Part shown: positions 56,211-64,000 of the stretch, piece after piece
Layout: the number at the start of each line of letters is the position of its first letter
Position numbering within the stretch: position 1 is the stretch's first letter
Assembly (NCBI RefSeq): GCF_011386835.1
Contig: NC_088797.1
Span: 29,450,001 to 29,514,000 of the forward strand
DNA: 64,000 bases
Direction of reading: 5' to 3'
Source: Chrysemys picta bellii
Taxonomy: Eukaryota
Translations under genes and position numbers: made by a program
Notes under the pieces: model-generated
Databases searched by the model: none
Seen by the model: the letters and a program-made list of their open reading frames with translations, nothing else
What the model was told of the DNA's origin: nothing

Positions 56211-59200
56211 TCAGGAGGGGCAGGGGACGTTATGTCCCGGAGCCTCAACACTGTTGACGGTGGCTGTTACAGGGAACGTGGTGATGCCACAGGCGTTACT
56301 GCCACGATGGAGACGGTAATAGCCCTGCCGAGGGGACACGTGGTTAAGGACAGATGCTACTGGACACTCTTTCCTCACCCAGGGCTGCTCTACACCAGCA
56401 ACTGACACTGACATAGCTCTGTCTCTCGGGGGTTAAAAATCCACACACCCCGAGAGATGTAGCAGTGCCGACCTCCCCCTGCAGTAGCCTGCGCTAGGTG
56501 GATGGAAGAATTCTTCTGTCAGCCCAGTTCCTGCCTCTCAGGGAAGTGGATGAACTTCAGTGACAGGAGACCCCCTGCCACTGGTGGAGTTGGCGGTGCA
56601 GCTGTGTTGTGGTAGCGGTTTAAGTGTAGACAAACCCTCACTCCGCCTTTGCGTCAAACTGGAATGGGGTCTGAACCTGGACAGGGTGTGGATAATAAAA
56701 GCCCACACCTCACCCCAGTGGGGGCCGTGTCTTTGTGTTAGGCAGGGGATCCTGTATAAACAGTCTCTGCACCCCACCCAGAGGCCATCTCTGTATGATC
56801 ACACAGCACAGCCTCCTTCAGACAAAACCAGCCCACACCCCCACAGCCAGCACTGCCCTGGGGGCAGCCCCATACACTCCCCACTCACCTCCTCTCCCCA
56901 GCCTTTCCCCCAGGAGTTCTTGATGATCCAGTACTGCCCTTCCTTCACTGCAATGAATTGGGGAAGAGAAAGGCACAGTGGTCTTAGTGCTTCTGACAGC
57001 TGAGCCCCCTGCCAAACCCCCAGTTCGTTTAACCCCATCTCACCCCAATCCAAACCCTTGTACTGCCCATCCCCACTCACCATCTTCCCCGTAGCCAACC
57101 AGCAGGCCAACATGATCCACGTGGTCCGGACTACAGTTCTTAACCGCGGGATGGGAGATGCCATTTTGATAATTCTGAAGAGGCACAAAAATGAGCTGAA
57201 AGTGAGTGGGGGGGGGGAAGAAGGGGGGGCCTTAGTGGGTGGGTCACCATGGGATGGGCTGAGTAGACAGAAGGCTTCTCCTGCGTTGCTAATTGGGAGG
57301 CACCTACCTTCATGACAGCTGAGTTCAGGGTAACTGTGATTGGGCCTGCGCTTGCGACGTGTGCAGCTATTTCTACAAGAGGAAACCCAAATGTACGGGG
57401 TGAGGAGCAGGACCCAGGAACAAACCCCTGACCCAGGCATGGCCCCACCAGACTGCTGTTGTCCCCACACACTGGCTACATTGGCCCTTGCCTCTCCCTG
57501 TGTCCTCTGGGCCTCCTGCACCCCTCACATTCCCCCTCTGCTGCTCAGAGCTCCTCCAGGGGGAAGCATGAAACTAACCAGACCCTTGTTGGTTTGACAC
57601 ATATCACCCCATGCACCCTCCTGCCCATGCACAACTGCCTGGAAACTGACCAGGTCTTGATCAGTTCTGCTGGCCCTGCTTCCCCCCTCTCCCCTCCCCA
57701 GCCCTCTTTGTCACCCCCTAATCCTGTTCTACTGCCCCTCACTTGCTCCCTTTGCCCCCAGAACTCAACCATAGATGGCCCACTCCCCCCTGGCCCCAGT
57801 GCTGGCCCCACCCCAACCCCTTTCCCCCCCAGGCCTCACCCACTTCATCTCCAGGAAGGGTCTGGAAGCCATGGATATAGGCAGCCGGCACATTGAGGTT
57901 GTGGCATGTCTCCTTTCTCCCTGTGTAGGGGTAGGCATCCTCGCTGGTCAGCCCACCTGGGAGGGAGTGTATGTGAAAGGTCTGGGATGGCCCAGAGTGC
58001 CTTATTCCCTGCTCCATCCTTCCCCTGTTCTGGACTCAAGGGTCACAGTAAACCCCTTCCCCCCAAATTCAGCCTGTCACAAAGAGTGTGGCCAGAGCAG
58101 GGCCTAGGACTGAGGAGGGGTCTCCCTTCTGTATACAGTATTGGGAAGATTGCTCCCAATATGGGTCAGGGTCCATGCACCACCTGGCGTGATGGGGGCC
58201 CTAACCTCAGTCAGGGTCTGCGCAGCATCCGGTGATGGGGGCCGCAGACTAGGCTGGGGGCCCCAATCTCAGTCAAGGGGTCTGTGCAGCACCTGTGGTG
58301 ACGGGGCCCCAATCTGGGTTGGCGTCTCTACAGTGCCTGGCATGATGGGAGGCACCAGTCTGAGTCCGAGTGATTCTCCATGCACTAAAGTATCCTCATA
58401 GTAAACAGCTGTGAGGGGTGAACAGGGGACAGTCCTGGGGGCTTTGGGGGGTTTATTGTCTGCAGGGCAAAGGACCCCATGTCCCTCCAGTGCCTACGTA
58501 CGCCTGTGTAGCACCGTAGTGAAGGCGTCCCATGCGTAGCCCCCTTTGCACCCTGCTCCACACCAGCTGCAGTCCAACACCTCTGCAAGGGAAGTAGTGG
58601 GTGAGCACCAAGCCAGCTCCCCCTCACCCCAGTCAGACCCTGGGATCCTGCTCCTGCTGGGTGGCACACACTGACCAGGAAAGACCCCAGTGGGCACAGG
58701 CTCATCCGACAGGCAGGACGTCCCACAGTGGCTCCCACCGGGGTGATCAACCCACCCCTGCATGGAGAGACTCAGCACCTGCCACCCCCTGCTTAAACAT
58801 CTGGTGGGGGGGGGTTCCAGGGGCAGGGCTCAGCTGATAGTAGACTGGGGGTGGGGGGAGGTGATGGGATCGTAGCCTACTAGGAGGCAAGTCTGTGGTG
58901 GGGCTGTCCCCCCACCCCAGTGAATGCTAATGGGGTGCAAATACATGAACCCCCATGCATGGAGACATGGTCCTTGTATACCCCACCCACCCAGCCTGCT
59001 CCCAGACCCATCAAGGGTTACAAGCTCCCAGTTGGGACAGGAAGTGAAGTGGGTACTTTACTCTCTCTCTCTTTCTCTCTCTCACACACACACTCTCTCT
59101 CTTCCCCCCTCTCACGGCTGGGAAGGGCACGGAGTTTACAACAGTCCCAAGCGCCCCCTTCTCTGTGCCCCCCATTCATCCCAGCCTTTGGGGCTGCTGC

Positions 59201-61470
59201 TCACAGCAGGGCAGCGCTGGGGTGCCCCACCCTGTTCCAGTCGAGGGGGCGGGGCTCCTCCCAGCCCCTACCTTGCACCGAGAGGTTCCGGGGCTGGTGG
59301 AAGTGGATGTTCCAGAGGGACTCGATATTGGCAACGGCAGCGAAGGCCCAGCAGGAGCCGCACTTATCGCCCTGCGGAGAGAGGGGTGAGGCCCAGCGTG
59401 GTGCTAGGGGGCGCTGTGCTGTAGGGCAGGAGGGGGCGCTCTCCCCAGCCTCAGCGTTGACCCCAATGCCCCAGCTGAGGGAGGGGGCGCCAGCTGTGGT
59501 TAGCAGTGGGGAGCGGGGTGGGGCTGGAATGATTTTGTCAGTACTGAGCCCCTCATGGCTCCCCCTGTCCTGCCCCATCTAACTGCCCATCTGGGGGGTT
59601 ACCAACCCCGCCCCTCCCACAACTACCTGGTTCTTCACGGCGGTCACGGCACCCGCCTTCCTCCAATCGCAGGAAGGGGGCAGCTTCTTCCTCGGGAGCT
59701 GGGGGGCCTGGTGCATGGTGTGGGGCGGGGGGCTCCGGAACATCCCCCGGAACTCCTCATCTGGGGAGATGGAGGGTGATGGTGCTGAGGGGGTGCTGGA
59801 AGGGGGAGTGAGGGGTGTAGAGCAGTGGGGGGCAGGCAAAAGGGGTGAAGAGCAGTGGAGACAGGGGAAGGGAGATGGTGCACGGAAGGGGTGCAGAGCG
59901 GTGGGGGCGGGGAAGGGAGTGCAGAGCAGTGGGGGCAGAGAAGGTGCATGGAAGGGGTGCAGAGCGGTTGGGGTCAGGGGAAGGGGGGTGAAGAGCGGTG
60001 GGGGTGGGGAAGGGAGAAGGTGCATGGGAAAGATGCAGAGCGGTGGAGCCGGGGGATGTGGGGTGCAGAGCGGTCAGGGCAGGAAATGGGGTGCATGGCA
60101 GGGGTGCAGAGCGGTGGGCAAAGGGGAAGGGAGGGGGGCAGAGGTGCAGGGGAGAGGGATGCGGCATTGGGGGTCGCTCCCCACCTGTCCAGTCGCTGAA
60201 GCGGGTCACCCCGTACTGCCCCGTGCCCAGCTCCATCTCCTGCAGCCGCCGCGCAGCGAGCAGGCTCCGCGTGAAGATCCCGAAGCGTCTGCGCTGCTCT
60301 GGAGGAGAGTGGGGGGGTCACAGGCACTGGGGGGCACGACACCCCCAGCCAGTGGCATCAGACACCCTGACCCCCCCAGCACTAATCGGGGCGGGGATTT
60401 TCCACCCTCCCCGCGCCTCTTTCCGCTGCCAGCTACAGAGCCGAACCACAGGGGACTGGGTGTGAAACCAGCGTGACAGAAAGAGCGAGACAGCAGCGGA
60501 GCCCCCGCCCCTCCCGCGCATCCCCCCGGCCCTGGGGGGAGGGGAACATGCAGGGCCTAGAAGGCGGCTCGTGGGCAGGCCAGGCCAGGCCAGGCTCAGA
60601 GGTGGCTGGTCACAGAGGCGTGGAGAAGGGGATCAGGGGTGGACAGACCAGCCCGCCTCAGCCCCATCCGTCCCCCTGCTTACCCCCAAAGTTCTCCCCT
60701 TGGTAACAGCCCCCAGGAAGAGCCGCCTGCCCCCCCCCACACCAACAGCCCCCCACTCCCGTCCTGCCCCTCACCTGCGGGGCTCCTGTAGGTTCTGTTG
60801 AACTGAATCATAAAATCCTTGAACATTAGTGTCACTTCAGTCTGAAATGGACAAACCGGCAGGATTGTGGGGAGCGAAGGGGCGTCCCAGCAACCAGTGC
60901 CCCTGCCTCAATTCCCACTCCCAGCCCCCAGCTACCCACAGCTCTGCTAATGCCTCCCAATCCCCACCCAAAGTCCCCTGCTACCCCTACCCCAGCTCCC
61001 GGCTATCCCTGCTTTGGGGTGGAGTCCACTGCTGTCTGGGGTGGATGGGGGGACATGCCCGTCTGGATGGGTGGGCGTTGGTGTCTGTGCAGTTTGGGTG
61101 TGTGTGTGTGGGAGCACATGGAGCATGGGGGAGTGTGCAAGGAGCATGAGGCACAGACTGGCCTACAGTGGTGGGGAATGGCTACAGGACCTTTTCCTCT
61201 CTCGGGTGCTGGCTCCAATCCCCATCCCTGGATTCTCCACACATGCACCAAATGCTGGGTCTCAGCACAGTAGCCAGTGAGTCTTGGCACAGACACTCGG
61301 TGTCTTCTCTGTCCTTCTCTAGCTTTCAGGCCCACTCCGCCCCAAAACTGCTCCCTCCAGGTGCATCCTCCATCCCTTACCTTGCTGAGTTCAGGGGGCA
61401 GAACAGAGCCAGCTGGGAGGGCCCAGGCCCACAGCAGCAGGAGACAGGGACTCAGGACTCCAGGCCCCAT
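56211..61470 (-). CDS. CTSW: Cathepsin W-like cysteine protease, copy B, 11 exons, 344 aa
   Basis: Exons (minus) 61470-61381, 60841-60775, 60298-60185, 59760-59627, 59371-59272, 58582-58502, 57956-57840, 57372-57308, 57174-57081, 56947-56889, 56324-56211; total 1035 nt, open. Canonical [29 protein letters not shown]. Confidence 0.9.
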
Positions 61471-62913
61471 GGCAGTAGCAGCTCAGTGCCTGCCCAGGCA
61501 TCCTGGGGGGTTATATGGGGAGGGGCAGGCAGAAGAGTGGCGGAAACCACAGAGCAGAGGAGCTGTAGGTGTGAGATCCGGGGGTGGGGGAGCATATGTG
61601 TGTGTGGGGGGGAGGGAATCCGAGATGTGGGGGTTGGGCTTCAGACGTCCAAGCAGCCTCAAACCTGCTCCTGTGCCCTCAGGGTCCGCACCACGGAGGG
61701 GGGCAGATTTGGGGACAATGGGGCATTGTTCCATCCATTCCCATCCTCATCTGCTCTACTACATTTACCGGGAGGCACCATCCCCTGGTGACCACCCTCC
61801 CCCCATGGGAGGTAAGAGTCCCCCAGAATCCAGGGACCTCGGGAGCAAAGACGCTTATGGAAGCCACAGCACAGTGAACCTCTGTCTGGGGCCGGCCTGG
61901 CCATGCTGAAATTCGGCCCGGATGCCTGGGTCCGCACCCTGAGTCCAGGGAAAAGGATCAGCCATGACCTCCAGGTAACACTGCACTGGAGAAGTGAGGC
62001 ACATAGCACCCCCTACTGAACCCCCCGCAGCTCAGCACCTCCTAGGGCTGCACTAGGCCATTGGGGCCAGCACTGATTGTGAGGGGCGAGTGCCCCCTAC
62101 TGAATCCCCACCCTGCGGCCTGTCTAGCTAGCGAGGCAGGCCCTGTTCAGAGACATGGCTGAATCCACCCTACCCAGTTCCCCCCACCCCAGGCCTTGAA
62201 CAGGTGCAGGCGCTGAGCTTGCAAACAGCTAATCACCTGACAGATTTCAGCCCTGCAGGCCCCCCCAGCTCATTGTACTCAGCACCACCAGGCTCTGTGC
62301 TTCATCCTGACACAATCAGCCCCCTGCTAGCTTAGCCCAGGGCTCCCCCTGACTCTGCCTCTGCCCCTCCATCCTGACTTGCAGCCCCCCCCCGACAACT
62401 CCTCAGCTTTGGACCCCGTTTATCCCCAGAATCCCGGTCCCTCCTCCTGCCCCTGGCTCATTTAGTTGAACAGTTGCTGTGTTTTAAGGGTCCCACACCC
62501 AGGGCCTGTGTGGGATGGCAAAGGAATCATTAGTGTGAAAGGTCTGAAATCTCCATCACTTCAGGAAACATGGTGCCTGATTCACCAGTGAGTGGGGAGT
62601 CCAGGGCTGGGAGAGCAGGGGGCTGTGGGTCAGGATAGGGCCCAGGGTTGGGGATGGGGATTGGGGAGGGATCTCAGCAGTGGGAGAGGCAGGTGGTGTG
62701 GGGAGCACAAGCCGTGGGGGTGGGGATCGGGAAGGGATCTGGGCAGTGGGGGAGGCAGGGAGCATAGGCTGGGGAGTGGGGGGGACGTTTTCCCAAAGCT
62801 TGGAAGGCTCTCAGCAGCAGAGCTCCTGTTCTAAGGGGTAGGGGGGACACTGTGGGCCAGAGCAGGCTGTGTCACTATCCCACAATCCCCTTCTCTGTCT
62901 CCCCCACCCCCAG

Positions 62914-64000
62914 GTTCCTGGCCCAAGATGTTCCAGAGATGGAGAATTTTGTGAACCTACATAAGGGACAACCGATCAAGCGCCAGGTGTGTCCCTGCCC
63001 TGCCCTGGGTCTGGGGAAAACTCCCCAGTGGACCCTCCCAGAGTAGGGGACTCGGTGGAGTTGGGGTTCGAGAAAGGGGGTATTCTAGCATTGCCAGTTC
63101 CCCACCAATGTCTTGTGGGTTCCAGCAGGGCATCCGGGTACCCTTACTTCCCAGCACGCCCCTGGGGAGACTGGCACTGCCCTCCCTGGGTAGAGATGGG
63201 GACTGGGGAGCTCTTATGCCCATCTCCCTGTCCAGACTGTCATCACCTGCATGAGCACGCTGAAGAAGAACATGGCGGATGAGGACGCGGTCAGCTGCCT
63301 GGTGATTGGGATGGAGAGCGCCGATGTCCTCATCCTGGACCCTGAGGCCTTCACTATCCTGGCCAAGGTGAGTGGGATGCCAGAGGTGGCTGCATTTCAG
63401 CACCAGGCAAGGGACCCCTGCCCATATATAGCTCATTCCCATGGGTGTGGGGCTGCCCCAGCTCTCCATTTGCTGTCGCAGATGACGTTGCCGAGCGTGC
63501 CAGCCTTCCTGGACGTGATGGGGCAGTTTGATGTGGAGTACCGGGTCAACGTGGCCTGCCGGGACGGAAGCATCTACATCCTGCGCAGGTGACAGCCATC
63601 TGTCATGGAGCCTGGGGCTGGAATGGGGCAAAGGGGAAGGCAGGGGAGTGCTGAGGAACATAAGATAAGGAACCTGGTATGTCTCCCCCTCCTGCCAGAC
63701 CAGACCTATGGTCCTTTCCAGCTTGGTATTCCCTTCCCTCTCCGATCAGACCCACGGGCCCATCCCAATACTCTGCCTCTCTGCTGCCCCACTGCCCAAC
63801 AGCCACCCATGCCAGTTGCCCATAATGCACCTCTCTTTCTGGCGCTCTCCCATAGGGTGATTCCCTCCAGGCAAGGGCTCAGCCAAGCCCCCGTGCTTGA
63901 AGGTTTGGTCTTGTGTAACATCCCTACGGGTGTGACCTGTCTGTGCCCATTCCCTAAGGGGCACTAGGGGTGGGGCAGCTGGGCAGGTCTTGGAACCTGT
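62914..64000 (+). pseudogene. BBS1: BBS1 partial pseudogene 2 (exons 7-9; exon 10 deleted; continues past window end)
   Basis: Exon copies 62914-62986, 63236-63367, 63482-63588; intron-6 homology starts about 62650; intron 9 is joined to intron 10 at about 63955-63965. Confidence 0.9.

Noticed and set aside
44965-61470. Calling the proteases cathepsin F because of human BBS1-CTSF proximity
   Set aside because: There is no cystatin-like N-terminal extension (about 343 aa in total), and the C-terminus [12 protein letters not shown]...VPCPP matches cathepsin W. A phylogeny is still needed.
40159-61890. Duplication as a haplotype or assembly artefact
   Set aside because: About 46 aa differences between the cathepsins, copy-specific TE insertions with TSDs and private deletions exceed allelic variation.

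Overview
Vertebrate genomic DNA, most likely turtle (inferred from CR1, Penelope, hAT/Harbinger MITE and Gypsy repeat types and GC-rich introns). I reconstructed exons by hand from GT-AG boundaries and reading-frame continuity. Gene order: PELI3 (+, 6 coding exons, 445 aa), DPP3 (+, 17 coding exons, 730 aa), BBS1 (+, 17 exons, 590 aa), then a tandem array whose unit is the BBS1 3' half (+) plus a cathepsin W-like gene (-). The array holds two intact 11-exon CTSW-like paralogs (343 and 344 aa) and two BBS1 pseudogene fragments. One fragment has exons 9-14 with a solo LTR in exon 11 and exons 15-17 deleted; the other has exons 7-9 with exon 10 deleted and runs off the window. The most notable observations are: (1) this BBS1-anchored cathepsin W expansion; (2) active-site divergence of the proximal paralog (CGSCW to CRSCW, KNSW to QNSR); (3) a duplicated DPP3 exon-10 acceptor that would form an immediate TGA poison exon; (4) a perfect 196-bp Penelope palindrome carrying hammerhead-ribozyme cores on both strands; (5) a Gypsy remnant with one LTR and an inverted LTR-end copy at the other end; (6) a ~37-bp periodic RFX X-box array. 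No database searches or alignments were run. Gene names come from recognised protein motifs, and all counts are by hand.
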